The notes below the pieces were generated by a model that saw nothing but the letters and a program-made list of their open reading frames with translations, made no database searches and had not been told where the DNA came from. The translations under genes and the position numbers were made by a program. This document shows positions 49,263 through 61,299 of a stretch of 64,000 bases of DNA, piece after piece. The first letter of the stretch is position 1. Each line of letters begins with the position of its first letter. Origin of the DNA: Scyliorhinus canicula (Eukaryota); NCBI RefSeq assembly GCF_902713615.1, contig NW_024055909.1, forward strand, positions 1 through 64,000. Direction: 5' to 3'.

Positions 49263-52053
49263 GTGTGTAGTGCAGAGGCGCGTCGATGCCTTAGTGCACG
49301 AATCACAAAATTATAGAATACAGGTACAGCAAATAATTAGAAAAGCTAATAGAAAATTATTATGTATTTTGAGAGGAAATTATTGTAAAAGTATGCAGGT
49401 TATACTTCAGTTTTACAGGGCATTGTTGAGAGCATATCTGGAGTATGGTGTACTGTATTGGTCTCTATATTTAAGGAAAGATGTAACTGCGTTAGAAACA
49501 GTTCAGATAAGGTTTACGAGACTAATATCAGGAATGGACGTGTTGTCTTCGGGGGAAAGTTGTAGAGGTTAGAAGGGTATGCGGCGACTTGATCAAAATC
49601 TTTAATTCCTGAGGAGTCTTGACAGGATGGATGTGGCGAGGATACTTCTTCCTGTCGGAGAATATGGAACTCGGTGCCACTGTTCAAATGGAGCGGTCAG
49701 TCATTTAGTACTGAGATTTGGTGAATGCATTTTCTCTAAGAGGGTTATGAGTTTCTGTAACTCTCTTCCTCAGAAGGCAGGCGATACTTCGAATAAATTT
49801 AAGGCAGAGCTAGATAGATTCTTGATTTATAACGGGGTGAAATGTTACCGGCGGTAGGCAGCAATGTGGGTCTAAAGTGACAATCAGATCAGTCATAGTC
49901 TTATATAATGACGAAACAGGCTCTAGTGGCCCAGCGGCCTACTCCTGCTCCTAATTCATCTATCCTCCTGTTTGCATGTATGTATGTCGCCATGTTCATA
50001 AATTGTTGGCTGGAACAGGGAATTGCTAACGTGAAAAAAGGTAACGAACCAGAAAAGAAACTACCCACTGGCTTGTCATGATGTCATGAAGTACTGTAAT
50101 AATTCAACGATTTTAAGGGAAGAATGATATGCAGTGCAACTGGACTACTAATCGAGAGAGCCAGGCTAATGCCCTGCCAACATTGGTTCAAATCCGATTA
50201 TGGCAGCTTGCGGAATTAGATTTAGTCAATGAAAGCCGGCCTCTCTCACGGAGACCACGTGATTATCATTGAGTGGTGTAAAGAACAATCTGATTCATCA
50301 CTGTCCCGTAGGAAATAAATTTGCCATTCTGCCTGGTCTGGCCTACATGTGATCCAGAACGACAACCAGCAATCTGGTTTACTCTTAAACCCCTCTGAAA
50401 AAGTAGAGCAACCCATTCAGTTCAATCACTATTAAGGAAGGGCAGCAAATGTGCCATTGGTAGTGGCATCCACAGAATCTAAAAAAAACCTCTATAACTG
50501 TGAAGGAAAGCAACACTACGTTAATGTACTAAAACTTGAACTGACCCATCATCAAGTCGAATGCCTCCAGGAGAAACGTTTTCACATATTTTGACACGGG
50601 GATGGCCTTCATCGTATTGTGTCGCACCAACACTGCACTAATTGGGTTGCATTCCGAACACATCGAGCAACTCAAAACTGTATATCTGGGTCATTAGCGG
50701 CAGCACAAATATAGGAACATCAATCTGTAACCCCATGATTTGGCATATTCCTGAGTTAACCATGGCAATCAAACTGGGACAGGAGGCCATGCCATGAGCA
50801 GCACCAGACATACCTAAAATTGAGGCATCTAGCTGCTGTAGCAACAAATAGGACTACTTGCAAGTCAATCTGCGGAGCATATAATAGGCAGAACAATTTT
50901 GTGACTGATAACGTTTGTGTTTTAGAGGCTGCAACACTCCATCACTCAGTTCATTGGCGGGTTTCAAACAACACAATTAATACCAGCATATTGAGTATCG
51001 TTTCTAAACATAAATATATCTGTTGAATGTCCGTTCCCACACCATATTTGCATCGTTAAAAGAATCTGCGATTCTAATTGTATGTTTCACTGCATACTCG
51101 CAACAATCTTGCCATATTAGAACACAATAATATGATATTAAAGCCACCTGCTCTCGGAATGTATTCCACACAATAGTGTTAGTTATGGGCTACTTTAAAC
51201 AGTTCTGTGCATTGCATCAAAGAGTTGCTAATGCGGAACGCTACCACAATAATACGATACCACATCATCATAAATAATATCAATATATCATGAAAACAGC
51301 CAGATACAGAAAGTGGCAAATTATTCAATGTTGTTAGATTCTTTCTCCAGTTTGGAGTGCTTAGGTCGGCTATAAAACATTTCTAAACATATGCTCTTCA
51401 CGTTGTAGCTGAGAGTTTGCAGCAGACAGATTTCACCCAGGTTACGCAATGCAAAATAATCAATTGGCTGCTGATTTAAATTTACTCCACAACAATAGCA
51501 TCAGAAAATTAATTAGAGGTTCAAAACTAGACAGATATTTACCCTGGAGCAGGTGCTTTACTCCATCAGCATGTCGAAAACTATCAAAAGTAACATTGCA
51601 TTTAAACTCAGAGAGCCCACTGATTATAATGGATCTCCGCATAATTCAAAGAATCTCTGCAATGCAGAATAAGGCCATCCATTCGGCCCATCGTGTCTGC
51701 ACCAACCCCCTGAATAAACACCCCACCTCAACCAACTCCTCCTCCTCATCCGCATACCCCCAACAACCTTTGGACACTAAGGGGGAATTTATCATGGCCA
51801 ATCAGCTAATCTGCACATCTTTGGACTGTGTGAGGGTACCGGAGCACCCGAAGTGAACCCAAGCAGAGATATGGATAAAATTCAAACTCCACACATACAG
51901 TGACCCAAAGTCGGAATCGAACCAGGATCCCTGGCACGGTTAGGCAGCAGTGCTAATCACTGTGCCTCCGTGCCGTCCAATTGACAAACTAAAGCACAAT
52001 TTAAGATAAAGACGGAAATACAGCATAATTATTAAGCTCGTGTATGTTCTTAC

Positions 52054-52140
52054 CTGCAGTCACAGTCACCTTGGTGCCATGTCCCCAGTAGTCAAGCGTA
52101 TCACTATATTACATTTCCTGGAAAGGGTCACACAATAACT
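52054..52140 (-). CDS. Immunoglobulin heavy-chain-type J segment (JH) with 23-RSS
   Basis: 52101-52054 encodes TLDYWGHGTKVTVTA (WGxG motif) then G|GTAAGA donor; heptamer CACTATA 52102-52108 (plus), 23 bp, ACAATAACT 52132-52140. Confidence 0.9.
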
Positions 52141-52464
52141 GGATCCTACATGCAATTCGGGCAAGAAACGATGCTGATTACAAAAATAACACCCGCAGCT
52201 AACATGAGATTTCCAGTGTATCAGAAATGTACAAATTGGCTACTTTCTTTGTTTATAAATTCGTCTATTCTCAGTCACTTCTAAAATTGAATGCTTCTTC
52301 AATATACCAACTGATATGTGGATAATGATCCAACACTTATCTGTCTCTCTTAAACCCTGCAAGGAATTCCGTTCTTGATTACAACATAAACATTACTTCA
52401 CCACATGAATAGTGGACTCGTAATGGCGGCCAGTGATCCAGAATGTTTCCATAAATTGTCTTGG

Positions 52465-52535
52465 GGTTTTTGTGGAGACAAACTGTAGTGTGCTCCACTA
52501 TCCCATACACAGTGACACGCACCCGCACAAATAAT
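52465..52535 (-). other. IgH-type D segment with 12-bp-spacer RSS on both sides
   Basis: GGTTTTTGT 52465-52473, 12 bp, TAGTGTG 52486-52492, core 52493-52507 (minus TATGGGATAGTGGAG), CACAGTG 52508-52514, 12 bp, ACAAATAAT 52527-52535. Confidence 0.92.
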
Positions 52536-52862
52536 GTATTCCCTTTCTGATCAACCTCTGACCTTCAAACTCCATTTGACGAGAACATGCTTTAACGTTA
52601 ACGATTAGACAGTGTACATGATAGATTCACTCCTTCCGTCAGGAATGTATCGCCAGTCTGTCGACAATCTTTCCATAGCACAATGTTGGAATGTTTTCCC
52701 CTGAGTCTCCAAAGGGTTTGACGATAAATCATATACATGAAACAACATACAATTGTTTTGATTCGATCAATTTGCGAAGGAAAACTCTTTAGTTTCAGAG
52801 TCAGGCAGTACCTGCTTTGGACGCTGATGTTGTGCTGGGAACGCTTGGATTGCCTCTGGCCC

Positions 52863-53346
52863 TGTTTTAGTCCCGGTTCAGCATTGGTTTCTCTCACTGT
52901 GACTGCCTCGCACAGTAATAGATGGCCGCGTCCTCGGGTTTCACATTGTTAATCTCAATGAAGGTTGTGGAAGATTCAGTTGAAAAAGTGATTCGACTTT
53001 GGGTTCTGGGGGCGTAATAGGTGTCGTATCCTTTCCTATAGGCGAGTAAAGTCTCCAATCCTTGACCGGGTAGCTGTCTAATCCAATGCATGTGATGTTG
53101 GTTGATATCGAACCCACGCGCTGAACAGGACAGTTTCAGAGTGTCACCAATCTTTTTGGAGATGGAATCCGGTTGGGTTAGCATAATGTTGGCGCAGGTA
53201 CCTACCAGGAAATTATAAAGGAATAATTAAAGAGGCAACAAATGCACCAGAATGCTTAAAATTGTAATGACTCTACGAGCAGTAAATCCGAAGCACTCAC
53301 AAGTAAAACTAACTAGTAACAAATAGAGGTACAGGAATCACGTCAT
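52863..53346 (-). pseudogene. IgW-like VH segment; V exon and RSS intact, stop codon in leader
   Basis: Leader 53346-53301 MT*FLYLYLLLVSFT GTGAGT; V exon 53201-52902 TCANIMLTQPDSISKKIGDTLKLSC...GFDINQHHMHWIRQLPGQGLE...YYAP...EDAAIYYCARQS; RSS CACAGTG 52901-52895, 23 bp, ACTAAAACA 52871-52863. Assignment to IgW rather than IgM is from recalled sequence patterns. Confidence 0.88.
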
Positions 53347-55236
53347 TATTCACGTTTTCGGTAAACGTTTCCAAACACTCGCAAAGATTCCCCGTCTAAC
53401 TTCAAGGTGCGCGGTTCGCTGTCTAATCAGGCCGGAGCCCAATGTGACACTGGAACTGGCTTTCTTCTCCTTCAGTAACCTGGCTCCTCCTGTGTTTCCT
53501 GTTTAAACACCGCTGTTTGCCAAATGATAAAAATCAACCATGAAAAATCCAAGTCACCCAATATGATATTTAACTCAGCCCGTGGCAGCTGTGGTGCATT
53601 TGATGACACTGTTGCCTCTGAGTGAAAAAAAGATTCAGGTTCCACTCCACCAACGTCATTCAGTCGTGCAGGACTGTGAGAAAACTGCAGTTACGGAGAT
53701 CAGTCTTGAAATGAAATGAAATGAAAATTGCTTATTGTCACAAGTAGGCTTCAATGAAGTTACAGTGAAAAGTCCCTAGTCGCTACATTCTGGTGCCTGT
53801 TCGGGGAGGCTGGTACGGGAATTGAACCGTGCTGCTGGCCTTCCTTGATCTGCTTTCAACGCCAGCGATTTAGCCCAGTGTGCTAAACCAGCCTTTCCAG
53901 TCTTTCCCAAACCAGTCTTTCAATGAAGTGTAGATTATAATACTTCATTAGATTAGAAAACCCAAATCTTCTTTGCCTGTCATCAGGGTAGCACGGTGGC
54001 ACAATGGTTAGCCCTGCTGCCTCACAGCGCCAGGGACGCGGGTTCAAATCCGGCTTTGGGTGACTGTCTGTGTGGAGTTTGCACATTCTCTGTCCGCGTC
54101 CAAAGGTTAGATGGACTGACCATGATAAATTGCCCCTTAGTATCCAACGCCCTGCAATCAGGAAATAGTGTGAAACATTGTTTCCCATAAACTGGTCATT
54201 GGCTTAACACTGCAAGCATACCGGAGGACCAAAGAATATGTCCGGAAAAAAACCGAACATAACACAAACTTGTTTAACATGAAGACAGCTTTCAATGACA
54301 ACAATAACGGATAGAATTTCGGCCTCCCTGAGGGAATCAGTGTTCCATCATAAAGACACAGGAGCAGAATTAGGCCACTTGGCCCATCCAGTCTGCTCCG
54401 CCATTCAATCATGGCGGATATTTTCTCATCTCCATTCCCTGATCCCCTTATTAATCAATAATCCATCGATCTGTGCACACAAATATTTTCATTGAAACAC
54501 AATAAATCGCACCACAGAAGTGCAGACTTTTTTTTACCTCAATGCGTTATTATAGAACCATAGAGTATTGTGAGCATCAAAGAATACCATTCGGCCCGTC
54601 GTGCAGTTGCTGGCATTCTGGAGTAGCAATTCAGCTCGAACCACTTCCAAACACCGGGACACTGCGTTTTTGTGTTGTTTTTTCTGATAACGACTCGGTT
54701 CCTATTTGGAAGTCTCAGTTGACCTTTCATCCACGAACTCTCAGGCAGTGCATTCCAAATTCTAACCATTCTGTCCATGGGAAATACTTTTCCACATTCG
54801 CCATTGCTGCTTCTCTGTCTCCTGTGATTATGGATCCTTTTACTAGTAGGAGGAGATTCTCCCAATATACACTGTCCAGACCTTCATAATGTTGAACACT
54901 TCTAACAAATCTATGGTACAATGGTCATAACAGCGAAGGTATAATGTTTATTCGTACCAAAATATATCTTTGTGTTAATTGTTGGAGTGGCCGGAACATG
55001 GAAATCACCGCCTGAAAGGTTGATAGAGGCGGGAAACCTCACAACATTTAAGAAACATTTAGATGAGCACTTGAAACACCACAGCTTGCAAGGTTATGGA
55101 AAAGGGTATTGGAATAGACAGTTTATTGATGTCCGGCGAAGTCACGATGGACCGAATGGCCTCTTTCTATCCTGTAAACATCTATGAGCCTATGACTCTC
55201 AGATCGCCGGTCCCCATACAATTTCCATTCACAAAT

Positions 55237-55589
55237 GGGCAGCCGGGTAGCATGGTGGTTAGCATAAATGCTTCACAGCTCCAGGGTCCCAGGTTCGATT
55301 CCCGGCTGTGTCACTGTCTGTGTGGAGTCTGCACGTCCTCCCCCTGTGTGCGTGGGTTTCCTCCGGGTGCTCCGGTTTCCTCCCACAGTCCAAAGATGTG
55401 CGGGTTAGGTGGATTGGCCATGCTAAATTGCCCGTAGTGTCCTAATGAAAGTAAGGTTAAGGGGGGTGTTGTTGGGTTACGGGTATAGGGTGGATACGTG
55501 GGTTTGAGTAGGGTGATCATGGCTCGGCACAACATTGAGGGCCGAAGGGCCTGTTCTGTGCTGTGCTGTACTGTACTGTTCTATGTTCT
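55237..55589 (+). mobile_element. Young tRNA-derived SINE
   Basis: Near-identical to the 27967 copy. Confidence 0.9.
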
Positions 55590-56334
55590 AAATGTGCCCG
55601 CGGACAGGAAAGTTTGCTCATTCCCACTTGGACGAGAAGAGTTATTCCGCCCCCACCTCCACCACAACCCCCGCTGGAAAATCTAGAACACGGGAAATAA
55701 CCGGAGAGTAAAGAACTGATCATTTGTTACTGAGATTAACCAAAATGCGTTCAGTACAAGGGATGAGAATTGTTCTAATTCCCCAGCCCGGAGGCTTGTT
55801 GGCCTTTCCTCGTTGAACATGCATAAGTGGGACATAGACGCGTTTGGGTCTCTCGGGGACTTACGGATATCGCCACAGATGCAAACGTGCAGTTAAGGCC
55901 GAACATCTTCCATAATCACATTTAAAATTTGGAGAAACTCGGGCCGCCATGTGGCTTTATCTCCATATTTCTAACGATCATACAGCTTCTACAAAGAGTC
56001 ATTCAGAATCGAAACGTTAGATCCCTTCTCTCTCCGCAGATGCTGACAGACCTGCGGAGACTGTCCAGTGTTTTCTGTTTTTGATACAGATACACATGTC
56101 GGCTGTTCCTCTTTTTGAGGATGACGGCTTCTCAGCCTTTGGTGTTTCTGCCACATGTCAGTGTTCAGGCCGCTTTTCCACCACAGATCTTGGCAGACCT
56201 GGAGACCTGGCGCAGAATGCCCCAGAAGAGTCTTAGACAGCAGGATTTTATAACTTTCCTTTCCTTCTCTGCCGCCGGTCTGTCTCTTGATGAAGACTTT
56301 AGAGTACGAAGCATGAAAGCCCCTGACCTACCCA

Positions 56335-57110
56335 CCTAATCCCACTTTCTTGCAATTAGCCCATAGCCTTGAATGTTAAAACGTGTCAAGTACTCATCCA
56401 GGTACTTCTTAAAGGATGTGAGGCATCCTACCTGTCCCACTCTCCCAGGCAGTGCATTGCAGACCGTCACAACTCTCCGCGTAAAAAAGCTTGTCCTCAA
56501 ACCCCCCCCCCAAAAACCGCTTACCGTGAGTTTGAACTTGTGCCCCTCATAACTGACCCAACTAAGATGTGGAGATGCCGGCGTTGGACTGGGGAGAGCA
56601 CAGTAAGAATTCTTACAACACCAGGTTAAAGTCCAACAGGTTTGTTTCAAACACGAGCTTTCGGAGCGCAGCTCCTTCCATACCTTGCCATTCACCTGAG
56701 GAAGGGACTGCGCTCCGAAAGCTCGTGTTTGAAACAAACCTGTTGCACTTTAACCTGGTGTTGTAAGACTTCTTACTGTGACCCAACTAAGGGGAACAGC
56801 TGCTCCCTATCCACCCTTTCCGTGCCCCTCGTAGACTTGTACACCTCAATCAGGCTGCCCCTCAGTCTTTTTTGCCCTTCTGCCAACAGAGATCTATGGA
56901 CAAACACGCAAAGGCTTCTTTGTTCTACGTAACGTCCCAGTGTCAGACCTTTGATAGTATACTTCCTTGTTAAATTACTCCTTCCAAACTGTGTTGCCTC
57001 ACACTTTTCACGGTTGAATTCCATTTGCCACTTATCCACCCATTCGATCATCCAGTCTTCCTGTAACCCAAGACACTCAACCTCACACAGTCCAGATATC
57101 ACTGGGGTAT
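56335..57110 (-). mobile_element. CR1 LINE fragment interrupted by a Penelope-like hairpin insertion
   Basis: EWVDKWQMEFNREKCE, FFTRRVVTVCNALP on minus; interrupted at 56567-56780. Confidence 0.85.
56567..56780. mobile_element. Penelope-like inverted terminal-repeat insertion (~81-bp arms)
   Basis: Arms 56599-56679 and 56700-56780 are near-perfect reverse complements; ACCCAACTAAG duplicated at 56556-56566 and 56781-56791. Confidence 0.8.
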
Positions 57111-58135
57111 ACGAGTGTTTTATCAAATTCTTTTGTATACCAGCACTTTTGATGATTTGGGAAGGTATTTGTATTCAACAATCGGTGTTGTAGTTTGTGG
57201 AAGGTTGAACTGGTGAAACTTATCGGGAATTGGTTCTCTTCTCTTCGACAGTGGTGACAATGGAGTGTCAGAGGAACATTTAGGTCATATAATCAAAAGG
57301 CTGCTCAAAGAGTTTGGTTATTTGGGGCCGCACAGTTGCTAGCACTGCTGCCGCACAGCGCCAGGGACCCGGATTCTTCTCTGGCCTTGGGCGAGCGCGT
57401 GGCGTTTGCACGTTGTCCCCGTGTCTGTGATGGTTTCCTCCGTGTGTCACGGTTTCCTCCCACAACCCAAAAATATGCAGAATAGATGGATTAGAGGGAG
57501 AATTCAGAATGTACAAATTACCGAACAGCACGTCTTTCGGGACTTGTGGGTAGAAGCCGGAGCACCCGGAGGAAACCCACGCAGAAGAACGTGCAGACTC
57601 CACACAGATAGAGACCCAAGCCGGGAATCAAACCCGGATCCCTGGAGCATGAGGCAGCAGTGCAAACCACTGAGCCACAGTGCCGCCCATTAAGTACCTT
57701 GCACATTTAGTACCGCAGCAGATATTGATCCATTCTGCATTTCGTTACAGGAACCGGTAACGAGGCGTCTTTGTCCTTGGACTCATCAGCTAGAGCAGGC
57801 CATGATTTTCGGCCATCTCCTCATTTGTGTGCCTCCCTCTGCTGGTAGGTAGATATTCCGCCTTTAAAGTTACAATAAAATTTGCGGTATAATAGACCAT
57901 AATCAGACCAAAAGGCAAATGAGCAGAATTAGGCCACTTGGCCCATCGTGTCCACTCCGCCATTCAATCATAACTGATATTTTCAGGCATACCTCTCACG
58001 ATTTCCCAAACTATTCCTCTGTTGACCGACACAAGGACAGAGAAATGTCCGGTAAATAGACATGATTGCTTGCCTGAGCCCGGGATCAATTCATTCTCGG
58101 AAAGGAACCTCAGTGATGCGGTAAACACTCACTCA

Positions 58136-59069
58136 GGGTTGTGTACGGGGCTTTAGGTTTTCTCTAACACTGTTCCTCAGGGGCTGTTTAGCCCAGGGCT
58201 AAATCGCTGGCATTGAAAGCAGTCCAATCAGGCCAGCAGCACGGTTCGTCACAGCCTCCCCTAACAGGCGCCGGAATATGGCGACTAGGGGCTTTTCACA
58301 GTAACTTCATTTGAAGCCTACACTCCACAATAAGCGATTTTCATTTCATTTCATTTTCAGTGCGCAGTAATTGACCTCCCCTTCCTCCACATCGAATATG
58401 CGCATATACTGAGGTAACCTCTCTGTTTAGATTTGTCAGCAACCACCAGATATCGTCCTGAACCCACACCTTTCTTCAATGCTAAGGCGTTGGTGATAAT
58501 CCATCTCGGTGGCTGTGCCGGCTTCGCCTGATATCATTGCATTTGGTACATGTTGGGGCCTTTATATTGGCTATTTAACTTCACCGAACTCCCTTCTGAC
58601 ACTGTTATTGTCACTGGTGACTGAGCTACCGGATCTGCACATAGCCCGCCTGCGAAAGTGAAGGAATGTAATGAACAGATTGTTGTTCCTTTATAAATTT
58701 TGAGTTTTTTCATTTAAGAGGTACTTTTTAGCGTGGCCAGTCCACTTAGCATGTACACCTAGGTTGTGGGAGTGAGAATGTTCAAACACCACACTGCCAG
58801 TGATCCGGGGCTGGGATCGAACCCGTGTCCTCAGTGCAATGAGGCAGCAGTGCCAACCATTGCGCCACCGTGTCGCCCTGAGTTTAAACAGAGTTGATAC
58901 AAATTTGCTTGTATCTGCGGCATTTTCTGGGACCTCTGATGCAGGCACTTCATAGACATTCCCGATCGTTAATTATACTCTAGCCTATGTGTATTAATAA
59001 ACTAATCTGGTTTAATTAACACTATAACTACTTACTGTGCCAAAGCGCCGCCAGTATTATCACTAACAT
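58136..59069 (-). pseudogene. V4/V5-family pseudogene with a SINE between coding end and RSS
   Basis: Leader 59069-59036 (MLVIILAALWH); V exon from 58649 with Cys23>Ser, Trp41>TGA and a late frameshift; SINE 58181-58357; RSS AACAGTG 58174-58168, 23 bp, ACACAACCC. Confidence 0.9.
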
Positions 59070-61299
59070 ATCTGACTGAATCTCTCTCAGTGAACTGGAC
59101 TGGACTGAGTGAGGAATTGTGTAGAAAAGAGGGAACTTAGTGCAGTGCAGGGAGAGGGTCAATTGTGACGTCACTCGCCTCCCATCCTATCGGCTTGGCC
59201 GACACCATCAGGTGAGTTTCTGACGCCCGTGCTTGAATTTGGCGCCCTCTGCTGCCGGATTCGGTTTACTCCGTGTTAGAATTCGGCTCTTGAGTGGATT
59301 CAGTGTTGACTGCAATGCATATCAGGGCGGGAAACCTAGACAGAAATCTAAATTTCAGCTGTGTATACACTATCTTTGTCACTATAGGTGTTTCTAATCA
59401 AAAAACAATGCTTAATCTGTGCCAATCATCCCTGGAGTTCTCGGTTCACACCTTAGGACGAAGTCGAAAGAATGCCAAGACTTTGGTGGACATGCGGAGG
59501 TTAGAACTCAGAATAATAGCAGGGCTCAAAAGACTAGTTTTCTTTATTTTGGTTCTGACGAAGAAGGTGCAAAAGGGGAACTGCTCTGAACATCGCTTTT
59601 TTCAGAGACCAAATTGTCTGGAATTATTTTCATTAGCTGAAGGTGAAATGTCCTATGAAGAAGATAAGTGAATGATATTTCATGCGAGACCATGAAACGT
59701 TACAGAGGACTTTGAATGGATCAGCACCGAGGCACGGGCGGGACTCGAACCTGTCGACAGACTTGTTTTTATTCCCCTCAGTCACTTGAGCAATGAATAG
59801 GTGCAGAAAGTGCACAAACCTCTGGAGGCTCAATCGCTGACATTTCCACTCCATCAATTGCGCTGGCAGCTGATAGTTTGATCAGTTTTGAGTCTGTGAT
59901 ATGCTGAGCATTGCGTTATTGCGTTTACTACTCTCGGTTTAATCCTATTGTGCTATTACAACCATTGCTTCGCTTGGCCCAATTCTGTCCTTGGTTCGGT
60001 CAGCAGTTCAGTCCGACTAGATTTTGCATTTCTATTTGACAGATCATTTCGTGCTTTGGTGAGCGGCCGACCAGGACCTACCCTGCACCTTGCATCGCTT
60101 CTTGTTATTCTCTCACTCTCAGTGAGAATTAATTTCTCGGTAAAACTCTTTTCGCCCCAGATTGATATGTCCTCCCAAGTATCACTTATTCCACTTGATT
60201 ACCTAACAATCACGGCTTTCTAACACCCGTAACTCAGACACTATTTAATTTCTATTTATGCGACTTATCACATAGTTCTATGTGAATCACTCAGACTCCC
60301 TGTTTATCATACATATTATACATGACGCAGGTAGTTCAAAGATTAGTTAGCAGTTATTCTCTGGCTTTGGTTCCACAACGACATTGGAAGTACATCTTTG
60401 CTGCATTCTGGACATAAGGTGACCTCCTCGAAACGAATTTGTATTTCCTTGCCTTAAACATGCTTTGACGTCGAGATTCTGCCTGAGCAATGTGAGATAC
60501 ATGCGTTTTTTCTGTTTTTCTGGGGTCTGTACTCATTAGATTCCATTTAAGATATTGCTTTTCTCATTGTGCACCGTTTTACCCTAACTGTCTATCTCCC
60601 TGTTCCTCTTATTCTCTGGTAATGTTTCTATCTTCGTTCCACCACCTGTATTGTCTCAATGTACCTGCATCCGTTCCCTTCACTGTTTCTTCATCATATC
60701 TTCATCTCTTTCCCTTTCTGCCTTCATCTCTCCCTCGTTTTTCTGATTCGGCCCCACTAATTATCACTCGTTATCTCCCTAATTTTTAACATTCCCTTTC
60801 AATCATTACAATGGTTGTAATGGTTCATCGTGTCATCTGCTAATATCTCGAACGGTTTCGTTCTATTCAGCTCACTCTTTCTGTCACAGTCTCTCCCTGT
60901 AAATTTGTCATTTGTTTTTCTTCATTTGTTAGTTCCCAGTTCTCCGTTTTGCTGCATTTTTCTCTCTCACAATATATTCATCTAAATTATCCGTTCTCTC
61001 TCTCTCTGTCTCGCTCTGTTTGCCTTCATGTCTTTCTTTCATGATCATTGCCTTTCCTGTTTATCTCCCTCTTTGGAAGAACAGTCCGTACTGCGCAGTT
61101 ATACTCATTCCATATCTGTTGGCAGATTTCGACCTCCATTGGTACATAAATATTCGGGGTAAGCTCCGTGGTATTTACTGAAATGTGTAACTGCGGACAT
61201 AGAGCTAGGTCCCAGGAATTCGGGGGGCGGATCTCTATTGAAATGGACAAGGGCAACGAGGCATCGCAATTAATTATCCGATAGGTAAGTACTTGCTGA

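Noticed and set aside
50520-50724. Possible decayed CH exon on minus (PIFVLPL...C...LDDGS)
   Set aside because: In-frame stop, no conserved Trp and wrong motif spacing; a profile search would be needed to support it.
52608-52690. Possible second D segment (CAGTCTG...CACAATG) between VH and D
   Set aside because: The heptamers are degenerate and neither has a nonamer at a valid spacing.
52902-53201. Calling the Ig-like V a NAR-TCR V or TCR-gamma V
   Set aside because: It has a full CDR2, WIRQ..GQGLE and YYCAR, and its J has WGxG; these are VH/JH features, unlike the CDR2-less IgNAR-type V.
56599-56780. CACAGTA...TACTGTG termini as a Transib/ProtoRAG-like transposon
   Set aside because: No nonamer at 12 or 23 bp; the same sequence ends the Penelope-like fragment at 9746-10059, so it is a retroelement terminus.
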